DNA of 52,942 nt, filler included, from Basidiobolus ranarum (taxonomy: Eukaryota), in the NCBI GenBank assembly GCA_040143965.1. It is 3 parts of 3 records of this genome, joined end to end, with 100 filler letters (N's around TTAATTAATTAA, not from the genome) between each part and the next. Parts side by side here need not be neighbours in the genome. Positions count along the whole stretch, not along the records: positions 35,386 to 52,942 come from JASJQH010000302.1; 2 more parts are not named here. The stretch is one strand, 5' to 3'. Positions 37,399 to 50,506 of the stretch are shown here, in pieces. How positions within the stretch are numbered: position 1 is the first letter of the stretch; each line of letters opens with the position of its first letter. Below the pieces are notes generated by a model, which worked only from the letters and a program-made list of their open reading frames with translations, ran no database searches and had not been told where the DNA came from. Both the position numbers and the translations under genes were made by a program.

Positions 37399-38235
37399 CT
37401 AAATGCAAACTGTGGGATTCTTTCGGTCTTTTAGTGGCGTTGTTGAGATATCTTGACCAGTAGAAACATCCAAGTTTGAATTGGTCAATCCTAGTGATTC
37501 CTCCAGCTCAACTAATTGACAAATCAGACTCATATTTGGTGAGATCGAATCACTACGTGATTTGACATAGTCATAGGCTTCATTCACATTCAAGTGTAAG
37601 CTACGCATAACATACGCGATGATCAGACTAGCTGAACGAGATACACCAAGTTGACAATGAACCAGAATGCCCAACTTGTGCGAACGGGCTTCATCGATGA
37701 ATCTAAAAGCTCCTTTAAATGAATTCAAAATGTTCTCTTCGTTATGACCCCAGGCAAGATTTTTATATCTTAAAATTCTGGTAGGATCGGAGAGGTACTC
37801 TGACTCCAGTTGAAGTGTATGGGAAACGATGGAAGGAGTAGTGGGGGAAATACTCCCCTCCAAATAAGGGGACTCCACTTCTTTGGCTACATTCAGTATA
37901 TAGTGAATATCATTCTTCACTAACATTTCTTTATCTTGGGCATTCTTCTCGCAACCAAGAAAGAGATATGAAAGAATGCAAACTGGCCCGGTCTTGTATG
38001 AATTGGGTCCGTCACCAAGTGTTTCCTCGGTTATTTGAAGTTGATTGATTTGTTGGGCGATGGAAGTCGTGGGAGTTTCAACCTTGGTTTCTTCTAACTC
38101 CAGAACCCCACAGCCGTTGGGGACTACCAACGACAAACGTTTCGAGTTCCTCCTTTTGTTCTTTAATAAAGGTTTTTTTACGAGGGAAGGGAAGGGAGAA
38201 TTGGAAAGGGTGCCTTGGGATAAGTCAAGAGTCAT
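37399..38235 (-). CDS. Dual-specificity (MAPK) phosphatase, Pmp1/Msg5-like
   Basis: KRRNSKRLSL docking-like motif, GPVCILSYLFLG, ILNVAKE, VHCQLGVSRSAS, ISPNMSLICQL. Confidence 0.9.
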   Translation of the reverse strand: MTLDLSQGTLSNSPFPSLVKKPLLKNKRRNSKRLSLVVPNGCGVLELEETKVETPTTSIAQQINQLQITEETLGDGPNSYKTGPVCILSYLFLGCEKNAQDKEMLVKNDIHYILNVAKEVESPYLEGSISPTTPSIVSHTLQLESEYLSDPTRILRYKNLAWGHNEENILNSFKGAFRFIDEARSHKLGILVHCQLGVSRSASLIIAYVMRSLHLNVNEAYDYVKSRSDSISPNMSLICQLVELEESLGLTNSNLDVSTGQDISTTPLKDRKNPTVCI

Positions 38236-39239
38236 TGTAGTGGAGAAGAGAAGGAACGCGTGGAAATTTTCACGTAAAGTCTATTTTCAAATAAAGAAGA
38301 ATTAACAAAGATATATAACACAAATTAAGAAAGTGTAACTGGGAGAAACTGGATGGGTGTATACAAAGAAAGAAAAGAAATGTCAAGAATGAAGGGAAGT
38401 TCCAAGTACCATTATAAGGGATAACAAAGGGATGATCCAGAGAATTCCACTGGACAAAAATCGAAGGCTAATTTTGGATTCTGGGAAAATTGATAACCAG
38501 CTCCTTTTTGGTCCATTGGAAATGATCGAGATGTGATCAATGAGGGAATTGGTAACGACAAGGCCTCCCAAGCCTGTTCTACATTATTGGCGGGTCGTGT
38601 CATGATGCATTGTCATCTAACCCAAGAACTATCCCATGATGATTGCTCTCTGGTGGAAGCCCCTGTATTTACCACCCTGCTCTTCCAATTCTCTACGCTT
38701 TACGAACTGGCTTTGGTCTAGACTTGATGATTGACATTGCCCAATTAGGTAGTACCAACCAATTCCGTCCAACAGTGATGCATGTCCAATGGTGGTCAAT
38801 TTCCCACTTTCACGTCTATTTCGAAAATAGTGCAGTAGATTGCTACCAAAGCGACACTAGTACTGGAGTAGAGAATATATAATAGGCATGATATAGGGAG
38901 TGGGCGCCACTATTGATGAAAAGGGTAAGGGCTAGTTTGGATATTTAATGTTAGCTTCAAGTTCGCACACCGATCGCCGACTTTAAGATCGTTTATTAAT
39001 TGGTTTTTGCCAACAATGGGCGGCACTTCCTCTTTGGTTTGAGTAACGGTGTGTGGTATAAGTGCGGTATATCCGTACTCGTACCCGTGCAGGAAAGGGC
39101 CAAGGGGAATTTATAACAATAAGTGCAGATATATATATATATATTGAATGGTAGATGAGTTTAGTGAAATCGTTTTTATAAACATACAAAGTTGGGTTCA
39201 GATATGGTTAGCCAAGTGAAAGCATGCATTTAGAGACAT

Positions 39240-41545
39240 CTAATGGACTCTTAGATTATTCAAATTCGAAGACATCTCGATCATTCCCTCTTCAGTACTT
39301 TCGTTGACCTCTTCATCTCGACGACAGAATAAACCTCCCCAGTATCTAAGGTATTTGGTGTCGGGGGTGATGACCGGCTCTTGTTCGTCTTGGACAAACA
39401 CTTGGTTTCGGAACTCTTCGATGTTAGAATTGAAATACGACCAAACAGAGAAGGTCTTCTTCTCCGATTGTGCCTCCACTTTCTCTTTCTCGCAGTTGAA
39501 TAGGAATGTGCCGAACTGACAGGAGTATACATGATAGTGCAGCTGAATCAAAAAGCGTTCATTGAATTCAAACCGAGTCGGGTTCTGGGTCCAGATTTGA
39601 TACACACAATCTAGAAACTGATGGAACACTGGAGACGAGTAGCGTCCTTGGTTTTGCTTGAAATATCGGTGGTGAACGTTGTTGAAGGTGCTGGCTGCGG
39701 CGTTCGTGGTGGTATTCACTAGGAAGTTTTTCTCGCTAGAAAGATGACCGCAACGCTCGGTAAATTTGTGTCCAAAAGAGAGCCATTCTTTCTCGATAAG
39801 AATCTCAAATCCTCGAATCGTGCGATAGAAAGGATCCAGACAGAGCTCAGCCAGAGCGGTCAATTGTGAAGTTCTATCCCAACCGTCAGAGCAGTGGACT
39901 AACACGTGGGAATTGAGCTGAGAAATGTTGTTCACAATCACCGCCACCCCCTCTAAGATGGATCCGATATGCTTCAGCCAATTTGTTTTGGAGAGCTGCA
40001 GTTTGCTCACTATGCCCGAAGGATCGGTAGATTGCATGGCTAGCAGGTAAAAATCAATGGATAAGCTTATGTGTGAGCGGGTATGTGAAATATGACTTGA
40101 ACTTTACCTTCGACCACTTTGTTCAAGCTGTCTCTCATTACATGAATGTTGTCAATGCCAAGGTACAGTTTCTTGCAATTTTTGTAATTCTCCATGTTCT
40201 CTGAGCCTGCACCGATCGCTACATTAGCCATGGCGTTTGCAGTAGGGCGTGCATCCACGATAAGGTTGGATGTGCTGGGGGAAATGGAATTTGGGGTCTT
40301 TGGGATGTTGCTAACAAATATGGCCTCTACGAGTTTCTCATCTTGCACGGAACGAGCTTGTTTTAATCCAACCATCGGCTGACTAGATCTGGAGATGGTG
40401 GCCTAGTGTTATAGAGTAAACATTGGTTCATTTGGAGATCAGGTAAAGGGTTGGAATCAGGTTCATTCAAACGAATGAAAAGTCCCGTTAAAAATTTAAA
40501 TAACAACCATGTTGGAGCCGTGAATATAGCTTAATATAGGGATTCGATTTTTACTACGATACTTGGCTGCATAATTTATCACCGTATCGCTAATTTTGCT
40601 GGGAACCACAAGAATTCGTGGATATGTGGAGCAAAGCTAATGAAATATACACTTCGGTTAGTATGAGAGAAGTGGTGAAGTTTACGCTGTAGGCATTACT
40701 TCGAAATTTTGGTTCAGCTTTGTAAATCTCCAACTGCTACTTTTCGTTCCGACACCCAGTCTTTCGTACTCTTGAATTGGATTATAAACTGACCAACCAT
40801 CATCAATGGTAAACTTTGGAAATGGTTGGTAGAAAAATGCATAAAGCTGAGTTATGTTATCTGTGAATAATTCATGGAAAAGAGTATGTCAGTGTTAACC
40901 GATAAAGTTCAGAATAATATGTTTGTCTGGCGCTCTGTTGCGTTCCTTTGAATTGGCTTGATAAGAAGAGTTATATTCAGAATGGAGGGAGTTTCTTACC
41001 AACGCAAATCAATTTCTGTACACTCTCAAATACGTCTATGGCATCCTGTTCTTTCTCAACTAGAAGCGTAACAAACAGAAAATTATGACATTTGAAGTTT
41101 AGCGGATGATAGCCATTAGGGGTCAACGCTTTCCGCTCAACTGTATGTATAATAGGATATGAGATCTACAATAAATTGCATAGTTATACAATGAAATGGT
41201 GAATTTAGTATTCAGAACGGACGTATTTTCGAATGTCATCAATAAACAAAATATTTCCTACCCATAACTCCTGTTCAGGGTGGTTGAATATAAGTTGGTG
41301 GGCTGTCAAATGAAGTGTCCCTACGTACGCATGTCGGTCTTTCTCTAACCGAACATTATCAACCTACGTGGGTAATACCATCAAGAAATTAGATGAATAC
41401 TGTTAGTATGGCTATACTAGGACAAAAAGAGAATGGTAGTTTATTATTTGCGCATTCACTATCGAAATGGTGATAGAGAATTCTTAGTCCTTCAACCTCT
41501 TTCATAATGGCACTTACGAACCTTTGCAATCTTGATGAAATCCAT
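39240..41545 (-). CDS. YMR1: Myotubularin-family PI3P phosphatase, multi-exon
   Basis: MDFIKIAK|V...GTLHLTAHQLIF (GRAM-like), TYPRILVVP, RSKNRIP, SSQPMVG, IVDARP, HCSDGWDRT, SPVFHQFLDCV. Confidence 0.9.
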
Positions 41546-42231
41546 AACTATCAATCTATTCCAGTAAAAGTCCTGCTATCAAGACTCTATGAAAGTCGTT
41601 TCGTTACCCTTCAGTAGGAATAAGAAAGTACGGGAAACAATGAGTAGTTAGAAAAAACTCCCAGTGTTGAAAGTCACAAAAGAAGAAGGGTGTAGAGTCA
41701 AAATGAATTTTTGAGGGATATAGTGATTACCTAACTGAAAACCTTGAAAACTTGCTACTACAACACTTTCAAAAAATCTGATTGTAAAATCAAATACCAA
41801 ACAAAGCTTCAATCACTCAGATACGTCAAATGCCGTGTTGATGAGCCACCTAGTGAAGATAGGTCACGTGCTTCATCAACTTGTATAATGCTGAAGAAAT
41901 TTAAATACTCATTAAACACCTTTTGGAAAATTTTGCTTCAATCATGATTCAGATAAATAAATCTGGGGGAGAATGCAACTCCTATGATTATTTACTCAAG
42001 CTGTGGCAGTAGCATAATAAACCCCAAACGTAATATCAATCCCCGCCTTTTTTTTTATCAAGTAAATGTATCTATCGTACTACTCACATGACCAAGCAAT
42101 TGATAGTGGAAATATTTTTTGTTAATATACTAGCTGGAAATCCGTCGAGATTGTACTATTTTGAAGATAGAGTTGGTGCGGTGCCTTTACCCGCCAGTTG
42201 ATGTTTGACTTTTCGATTTTTCTACGCTTAA

Positions 42232-44724
42232 ATGGCTCACTTAAAGCTATCTAAAGCGTCTAACATATTGCGCACTTGTTTATGCCTTAAGAGAGACACA
42301 CAACCTTTCCGTAGCCTATGTATAATGCCTGGTCGTCACCAGGCTAAACTCTCCTTTTCCACTACTCACAGTAGAAACACTTTATCCACAAGTGCTGAAT
42401 GCGACTTCAATACTTATACTATCAATGAAAAGCCCGATTCTACCAACATCAGCGCTTCCTCTTACCTGATATCACAAAAACACCTCCTTTCCCTAAGAGA
42501 AGCAGGGAAAACCAGTGCAGAACGAGCTTACGATGTGTACAAGTCTGCGTTACGGGACGGATTCACTCCAGATTTGAGGTTCTATACTCAACTCTTGAAG
42601 ATTTGTAAAATTTATGGCAAGTTAGATTTCGTATCAAAAGTATATTCCGACATGAAAGTTCGTCGTACTTTTCCTGATACTGTAGTATACAATATTTTAA
42701 TCGATGCATACACGAAAAAATTCCAAGTAGAAGAGGCTTCTTTACTCTTTCAAGAGATGCTCAAGCATGGTTGTCAGCCTACTGTGGTAACTTTTAGTAC
42801 ACTTATATATGGATATAGTAAAAAATCCGATATGATTCAAGCCATACACCTATTCAAAGAAATGGAAAAGAGAAATATTCAACCTAACGTGGTGACGTTT
42901 ACTACCCTCATCAATGGTTATGTACGGAAATCCGACTTGGAAAATGCTCTTTTACTATATAAGCAGATGCTTCTAACGAAGAGCGCCCGTCCCAATCTAA
43001 TGACCTACACAGTACTTATCGATGGTCTCCTTCAGCATTCAAAATTAAACGCAGCTAAGGAGATGTATGAAGATATGATTAAATCGAAAATCGTACCAAC
43101 TGTCGTCACTTATTCCAAGCTTCTGACCGCGTTCGTTAAGGCTGATCGACTGAAGGAAATAGTGAGTTTGAGAGAGCACATGATTCAAAACAATGTGACC
43201 CACAACCTGTTCATTTATTCCTCTTTGATACACGGCTACTTGAAGATGTCAGATGCCGAGAATGCATTCTATATCTTCCAAGAAATGATCCAAAAGAATG
43301 TCATTCCAGATCTTGGAATCTTTTCCGCTTTAATACCGTTTCTCATTAAGGAATCCCACGTGGAGAAAGCCATGTCTACCTATGGTAAAATGCTGGAATT
43401 GAAAGTCCGACCGTCAGTGCTAATTTTCTCTAGTCTTATCAACGGTTATGTTAAGCAACGGAATATGCACCGGGCACTGGGGGTATATTACGAGATGCTT
43501 GCAAACAATGTCCGCCCCGACACCCAGACGTATACTGTTTTGATCGATGGTTATGGCAAAATATCGGATATGAAATCTGCCTCCAAGATATACAAAGATA
43601 TGATAGCTAATGGGTGTGAACCTGACATCGTCACATTTAATGCACTTGTGGGTGGCTATGCACGGACATTGGAGTTGACTAAGGTCATGGATGTATGCCA
43701 AGATATGATTACACGAGGAGTAATCCCCGATCGTATCTTCTATACGACGCTCATCGATGCGTATGCTAAGAATGGAAAACTGGAGGATTCCGTAAAGTTC
43801 TTTCAACATATGCTAAAGCACGATATTCGCCCTGACTGTGTAACGTATACTGCATTGATAGAAGCATACGCTTCCAGGTTGCAAGTGGACGAAGCCATGG
43901 AAGTCTACCAGACCATGCTCAACAATGACGTCTGCCCTGATTCCATTTCTTTGCAGACTATAGTTGACATGTACTTGAAAACTTCTGATATCCATAGTGC
44001 GCGTGTGATATACCGGAAGGCGTTGGAGCTTGACTTGTTAAAGGGAGCGAGTATTCCAAACAAATTGATCAGTGCATACGTCAAATCGTCTAGTGTGGAT
44101 CGTGCTGTGGAAATTCTTTCAGATATGAAATGCCGCAAAATCACCCCTGATCATAATACATACATCCCTTTAATACAAAGCAGTATAAAGACTCAGAATA
44201 CACCGCGTATATTTGAATTATACAGTGAGCTAATAGAAAACTCAGGTCCGAATGCTTCTATACACACTTCTATCGTCCACTTTCTTCAGGAGCGATTCCG
44301 AAAGTATGGTGTTCGTACCGTCTTGGATCAGATTTCTAGTCAATTACCCTCACATATACTTTCGTGTGCGGCACCGGTATTATTAGAATCTTCGAGCGGT
44401 ATCCAAAGCATAGGCACTCATCGCCGTTCCAATAATCAAAACAGCGAAAGTGGTTTACAGAAGCTGACCAAAACATGGATGTGGCTTCAAGGACAAAATG
44501 TTATATTAGATTCTAGAGCGTATGAATTTTATATCGCCCAGCTGTGTAGGCACCGGGACGTAACCACGGCACGTAAGATCTTTTTTGAAGAAATGCCTAG
44601 ACAAGGCATTAAAGCGACCTTAGCTAGCTGTAAGGTCATGGTGAAGCAACTAAACCAGCTTGGCTTTAATGAAGACATCCGACGAATTTATCTTATGTAC
44701 CAAGATATTAGTAGTCGTCAATAG
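42232..44724 (+). CDS. P-class pentatricopeptide-repeat protein, probably mitochondrial
   Basis: About 15 tandem 35-aa repeats (e.g. VVTFTTLINGYVRK...PN) after an Arg/Ser-rich, acid-poor N-terminus. Confidence 0.93.
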   Translation: MAHLKLSKASNILRTCLCLKRDTQPFRSLCIMPGRHQAKLSFSTTHSRNTLSTSAECDFNTYTINEKPDSTNISASSYLISQKHLLSLREAGKTSAERAYDVYKSALRDGFTPDLRFYTQLLKICKIYGKLDFVSKVYSDMKVRRTFPDTVVYNILIDAYTKKFQVEEASLLFQEMLKHGCQPTVVTFSTLIYGYSKKSDMIQAIHLFKEMEKRNIQPNVVTFTTLINGYVRKSDLENALLLYKQMLLTKSARPNLMTYTVLIDGLLQHSKLNAAKEMYEDMIKSKIVPTVVTYSKLLTAFVKADRLKEIVSLREHMIQNNVTHNLFIYSSLIHGYLKMSDAENAFYIFQEMIQKNVIPDLGIFSALIPFLIKESHVEKAMSTYGKMLELKVRPSVLIFSSLINGYVKQRNMHRALGVYYEMLANNVRPDTQTYTVLIDGYGKISDMKSASKIYKDMIANGCEPDIVTFNALVGGYARTLELTKVMDVCQDMITRGVIPDRIFYTTLIDAYAKNGKLEDSVKFFQHMLKHDIRPDCVTYTALIEAYASRLQVDEAMEVYQTMLNNDVCPDSISLQTIVDMYLKTSDIHSARVIYRKALELDLLKGASIPNKLISAYVKSSSVDRAVEILSDMKCRKITPDHNTYIPLIQSSIKTQNTPRIFELYSELIENSGPNASIHTSIVHFLQERFRKYGVRTVLDQISSQLPSHILSCAAPVLLESSSGIQSIGTHRRSNNQNSESGLQKLTKTWMWLQGQNVILDSRAYEFYIAQLCRHRDVTTARKIFFEEMPRQGIKATLASCKVMVKQLNQLGFNEDIRRIYLMYQDISSRQ

Positions 44725-45204
44725 ATAATCCTTCCCAAGAATTCCATCAAAACATTTCCAGGTAGACATCATTCATTTACACGCATTTCCCTTAGCATAT
44801 TTCCTAGCATTTTCATGATATCGGCATCACTATACCATACCATATATGGGTCCTTCCTCCCCCAAAACAAACCACATTTGTTGATGTATTATACACATTT
44901 TAATCCAAGCCGGCTGTATATCATGACCGCACCATTTGACTGCATCTATCTAAAATTGACATCTCTCTACAACCTTCCCACAATCAATAAAAGCGTGCTT
45001 TTATGTATAGTATCACGTGACTCTTCCGAATGATGTATATTTTAATGGGTGATATCCAGAAGGGTTATTATACTTGACAAGAATGATTTTGGAGCTAACA
45101 ACGATTCTACAGAATTATATATGTAATTTGGATTCAATATAGAAGAAATGGTTGGTACAGAAATTATTACATAGGTGGTTAAAAGAAGTTAACGCTTAGC
45201 ATTT

Positions 45205-46273
45205 TCAACTATAGATGTTAGAGCCTTCAAGTATGGTGAGTGGCTCTTCGGAAGTATCTCGTCGTTTGCTCGTAATGGGTTCAACTTTATTTGGTTGGGT
45301 TAAAATTTCCATGGAGATTTCTCCGTATCCCTCCCATGGTTCTGTCTTATCATACTCTGGTGCGGTGATATTATTTGGAATAGAAGTGACACCTTTGAAG
45401 TCGTATTCAAGTTGGGTACTATGATGAATCGACGCTGACTGTGAGAAATTGCTCTTTCCTTGTCGAATTTGAAAAGAATAGCTTAGCTGTAAGGTGATGA
45501 GTGTGCACTGTATAGCCCCTAACAAAACCTCGGTTAGTATATGAAAAATTACTAGTAGATACGTGGATACACTCACAATCAACGTCAAAGAGAATCGAGG
45601 AGTTTTCACCCAAGACAGCTTTAACCACAAGACATGGAGTGATGATATTTGACACGGTGATTAGTAAAAAAAAATACATCCCATCCTTCAGGAATGATTT
45701 ATAGATTGGTGAGTGGTTCATACGATGATGCGTATAGATCACTATTAGGAAACATCCACTGAGAAAAGTGTTTAACGTCCACAGACATGTGAACCATAGT
45801 ATCATAATCAACGGGTCGGGTGTGTTTCCACAGGCACCAAATATCGATTTCGTGTACACAGCAGTCGTTGCGTGCCATGTATGCAGTCCAATAGAGGCTA
45901 TCAAGCAAATTGCACCTATTATGTAGATTATTTTGCTGTGTCGATTGCTTACTGTGGCTTTGATCAACAAAATAATCATAATACAATCCAAGGAGAATTC
46001 GTGAGCGTAGTTGGTGACAAAAGAGACTATCCGGCAGTCTACTTGTACGTGCATCAAAGGTAATAGAAAGGCCAACTCTCGAACGGGGCCAAGAAGATTG
46101 GCAAACAAACAAAACCAATATATAGGCTGTCGGTTATGGCGCAACATCTGTATAGATCGTGATATGCACCATAAGAAAACAACCAGCGCAATTGATAAAA
46201 TACATACAGAAATTTTTTCCATGAAGAGCGTCTCCATCAATGCGGACGTGTCCATTTCAATGAATCGCTCCAA
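45205..46273 (-). CDS. Putative 7TM/GPCR-like membrane protein; one intron 45519-45576
   Basis: About 7 hydrophobic segments, Cys at VDCR and GACG (possible extracellular disulfide), KDGMYFF, Ser/Thr-rich tail after splicing. Confidence 0.6.
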
Positions 46274-47020
46274 AGTTTGTGTGTAGGCAAACCACCTTCA
46301 TTCGAAGCACCAGAGGAATTACTTATATAACTTTAATGAACTCCATAACCAATCAGTTCTATCCGTGACTCGTTACACCTGTTTGAAATGAGTACAATTA
46401 ATTCAAGGTGTGCTTTTTTGGTATATGATGGATTTCATTAAACGATTCGCGTTGCTGTTCACGCAACAACAAGCTCGCTATCCCACATTATTATCCATTG
46501 TCTCAGTATTCCCAAGTGTAAACCACTTCTGCCTACTTGCCTTCCACAATGTACTTATTATCAAGACACATCCTACTATCGAAATTCACTTTGTGTGCTT
46601 CGTTATTCCGCATTTTCTAGGGCCTAGTGCTTTGTGAAACTTCGGTTAATTCGTGGATGTTTCTCAATGTTGTTCGGTGTTTCATATCCATCCAATTCGG
46701 CTTTATTAGGAGTTAATAAATCACACTGAGCACGAGTAATCCATATGTAAGCTCAGAACTAGGTTAACGAAGAGCGATATATCCTGACACCGTCCTACCA
46801 TTGATCTCTTCCAACGACCTCACTTTTGTGAGATGCTTGGGGATAGACGGGAGTCTCTCTACCCTTGTTTGTGATACCGTGTATGCCTTATATATACACG
46901 GAGGACGTTCAACCTGAATAATCATTACACATTTCGGAATCTATTCAAGGTTTGCTGCTGAATTATAAGCTACTTCCTTTACGTTACTGAAACTTACATC
47001 ATTTAGCGTGGAGATCTAGG

Positions 47021-48658
47021 ATGATCAAGAAAATACCGTTTTTGTTTCTTATTACCGTATTCGCCGGAACCGCTTTCTCTGATGACCTAGCTTCTACCTC
47101 ATCCTTCAGGTGTCCAACTACCAAACTTTCCAAGACTTTCTTGAGAAGTCTATCCAGATCCGTTTCTCCCCAGACTAAGATCATTTTCCCTGGTACGGAT
47201 GGATATTCTCGAGCACTTCATCATTGGTCCGAGACTGCTGAAGTGAAATCCGCTGCTGTTGTTCAGCCCAAAACTTCTAAAGATCTCTCCAATATTGTAT
47301 GACAATTCTCATTTTTGTAAACAACACCAGCATTCATTAATTCTCTTTGATAGATTACGTTGGCTGCTAACTATTCCATCGATACTGCCATCGTATCCGG
47401 TGGTCATAACAACGATGGAGCCTCTAGTACTCAGGGATTACTCATCGATTTATCTCAATTCAACCAAATCTGCGTTTCTGATGACAAAAAATCCGTAATC
47501 GTCGGTGCTGGTCTTAGATGGGGAGTAGTCTATGATCATATTACTCCTTACAACATCTCCTTAGTCGGTGGCCGTGTTAGCTCGGTAGGAGTAGGTGGAT
47601 TCACTTTGGGTGGTGGCTACGGTTGGAAGTCAGGAGAGTTTGGACTTGCTGCTGATAACATTATTGAAGCTGAGATGGTACTTGCGGATGGAAGAATCGT
47701 CACCGTTTCCCCAACTCAACATAAAGACCTGTACTATGGTATTCGTGGTGGTGGTGGACAATTCGGTGTAGTTACTAAATTCGTCTTCAAAGCTTGGCCA
47801 CAAGAGAACTTGGTGTTCTCTGGATTCTATAATTACAACAAAGATCAGGTTAAAGATGTTGCGGAAGCAATGGAGAAATGGGTGGCTACAAACAAAGATG
47901 AAAAGGCTGGTGTTATGTTGATCTTTGCCAAGCCACCACCTACCTTCGATGTAAGTGATATTAAACAATACACCTCCTCTCTACCAGTTTTCATTAATTA
48001 ACTTCTTTTCTTTCTTCAATAGGCTGTTCCAGTAGTCCTTGTCTGGTATGATGGCCCAGGTTCAGTTGGTAAGAATGCCTTCAAAGTTTTCCAGGATCTC
48101 AATCCCAGCTCTGATTCCACTAGTGATGTATCCTATGCCGTGAGCAATACCCTGCAAGATGATCTTGTTACTGATGGTGATCGTAAGACTATGTCCTCTG
48201 TTGCCTGGAAAACCATCACAACCGAAAAGATCCTTCAAGCCCATGAATTCTATGTTAATTTCACCAATAGTGTTCCTAGCGCGGCTCAGTCCTCAATCCT
48301 GATTGAACCAGTATTTAGTGGTGCCTTCGATGGTATTCGTGATTCAGATTCAGCCTATCCACATGGCGAAGTATTACACGTTACCGGTATAGTTCCTCGT
48401 TGGCCTACATCGGCAGATGACTCAACCATCAAGGCTTGGGTTGCCAAAGGAACAACACTCCTCAGATCCCTAGAGAGTCACAATATCGTCTATCCTAACT
48501 ATTCTATTTATAGCGAACCATTGGAGAACATGTTTGGCGAGAATTTGGACAGTCTCATTGCCTTAAAAGCCAAGTATGATCCCGACTGTGTATTCCGTCA
48601 TGGGTTCGTCTTCCCTACCAGAAGCTGTCGTCGCTGCCCAGCCCCCGCTTCATGGTAG
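47021..48658 (+). CDS. Secreted FAD-linked oxidoreductase (berberine-bridge/AA7-like); two introns
   Basis: Signal peptide; SGGH flavinylation motif; VGVGGFTLGGGYG; RGGGGQFGVVT; YPNY...LKAKYDPDCVF. Confidence 0.9.
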
Positions 48659-49411
48659 AGTAAGCTAACTCCATACCGCTATATTGATCTGATTCACTTT
48701 ACATCCAATTGAGTTGGGTTATTTGACTCTAAGTAGCAAAGAATGCATACGAAATACATACTGAATAATCAATTTTTGTTCATTTGGTTATTCAATGGAG
48801 ATCAGTTAATAAATTAATTTATAGTTCGATACATATTCATGCTCAGAATCGAAACCTCATTACTTCAAAAGTTTACCTTCAATAGACAGTTCGCCCACAT
48901 GTCAACTGACTCTTCAGTGTTCTAAGCTCAATCCTCCAAATCTAATGGTAGATTAACTAGTCATCAAATACTGAACGTAATAGACTTTGACAGTGCAGGG
49001 TGAGGAGTGAGATATTGAAATTATTAGTAATTGATGCAGTGCAACATCGATGAAGGATAGGAGATGGCTCTGGCTATAGTTGAATGGTTGGGTAATAAAA
49101 GAAGTGTGATAGAAGTGCCATTTTGGGCTAAGATGAAACGCTATTAATCCTGGCTTAGTTCTGGGCTGATCAACAAAAGATAGATAATATATCAGTTTGG
49201 GATATCGCCAAGTTCGCAAGTTTTTAGCCAGATATGCAAAGTTTTAGAAGTAAATGAATTAGGCAAAGAGCAATTTAACTACTAGCTAATGATTCACTTT
49301 GTTGTGATAAATTGCACCAACAGGGATGGTATTGTGAGCTTTAATGAGGTACAGTTTTGAGTTTAAAAATACGAGTCGAGTTCTTTCGTTTTCATTATTC
49401 ATCTCTTATCC

Positions 49412-50506
49412 ATGAAGTATCAACTCAACGCCTATCTTGCATGCGCACTTGTCATTCAGGTGGCTGCTCAAGAAGTTAATATTCAAGCATCATTAGCCCC
49501 GATAAATCCCGCCTGGACCAAGCAGTATAACCTTAGCAAAGTACCTAATACTGCTCCAAAGCAACCTGGAACAGGTGTCTGTGCACAAACTACTTGTGGC
49601 CCAGGGGAATGTGAAAAGTGTTGGGAGAGTTGTGGAAACTGTGCCAAGCCTGAGGATGTGTATGGATGTAAGGCAGGACAGTGGGCTCTATCGTTTGATG
49701 ACGGACCTTCGGAACATACTGCTGAGCTTCTGGATATCTTAAAAGCGGCCAATGTTAAGGCCACTTTCTTAATGATCGGTTCAAATGTAGTGAAATTCCC
49801 GGACGTGGTGAAGCGCGCATATAGTGAAGGGCATCAAATTTCTCAGCATACCTGGTCTCATCCTCACCTAATGTCCCTGTCTAACGAGCAGATTGTGGCA
49901 GAGATACGGGCTGCAGAAGATGCAATTCTCAACGTTACTGGTGTTAAACCTGCATATATTCGTCCTCCTTATGGTGAGGCTGATGATCGCGTGAAAGCAG
50001 TCATGACGGCTATGGGGTACCATAACCTCCTTTGGAACATGGATACTTTGGATTGGGATATTGTGGCGAAGAACGAGAGTGCTACCCTGATTCTGAAGTC
50101 ATTCCAGGATACTCTTTCTAAAGGCACTCTACTCAATGCTCATAATGATCCAGGCTATATATCACTCCAACATGATCTTTATATAGACACAGTTAAGCAA
50201 GTACCTCAAATTCAAACACTCTTGGCCTCCCACGGCTTTCACTTTGTATTGAGTCATGAATGCACAGGAATCCCTCCTTACCAGAATTCTACTGCCATTG
50301 CAAATGGAAACTCTACTACTTCTACCACCTCCAAGGCTACTTCCGCCAGTCTTGCGCCTACCTCTGCCAAGGCCAAATCCATCCCTACCACTTCATCCCC
50401 AAATTCCGGTAAAGTGAATGCTAGCGCTAAATCAAGTGCAGATATTATTGACATTAATATTATGCTCTTCGGGTTTACTTTTTATATTTCAGCATTGATA
50501 TTCTAA
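49412..50506 (+). CDS. Chitin deacetylase (CE4), secreted and probably GPI-anchored
   Basis: SFDDGP, HTWSHP, RPPYG, DTLDW, LQHD; Cys-rich N-terminal segment; S/T-rich linker and hydrophobic C-terminus. Confidence 0.93.
   Translation: MKYQLNAYLACALVIQVAAQEVNIQASLAPINPAWTKQYNLSKVPNTAPKQPGTGVCAQTTCGPGECEKCWESCGNCAKPEDVYGCKAGQWALSFDDGPSEHTAELLDILKAANVKATFLMIGSNVVKFPDVVKRAYSEGHQISQHTWSHPHLMSLSNEQIVAEIRAAEDAILNVTGVKPAYIRPPYGEADDRVKAVMTAMGYHNLLWNMDTLDWDIVAKNESATLILKSFQDTLSKGTLLNAHNDPGYISLQHDLYIDTVKQVPQIQTLLASHGFHFVLSHECTGIPPYQNSTAIANGNSTTSTTSKATSASLAPTSAKAKSIPTTSSPNSGKVNASAKSSADIIDINIMLFGFTFYISALIF

Noticed and set aside
7484-50506. Chitosan gene cluster (GH46 chitosanase plus chitin deacetylase) or Ca2+ cluster (PMR1 plus MCU)
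   Set aside because: The genes lie on different concatenated contigs.
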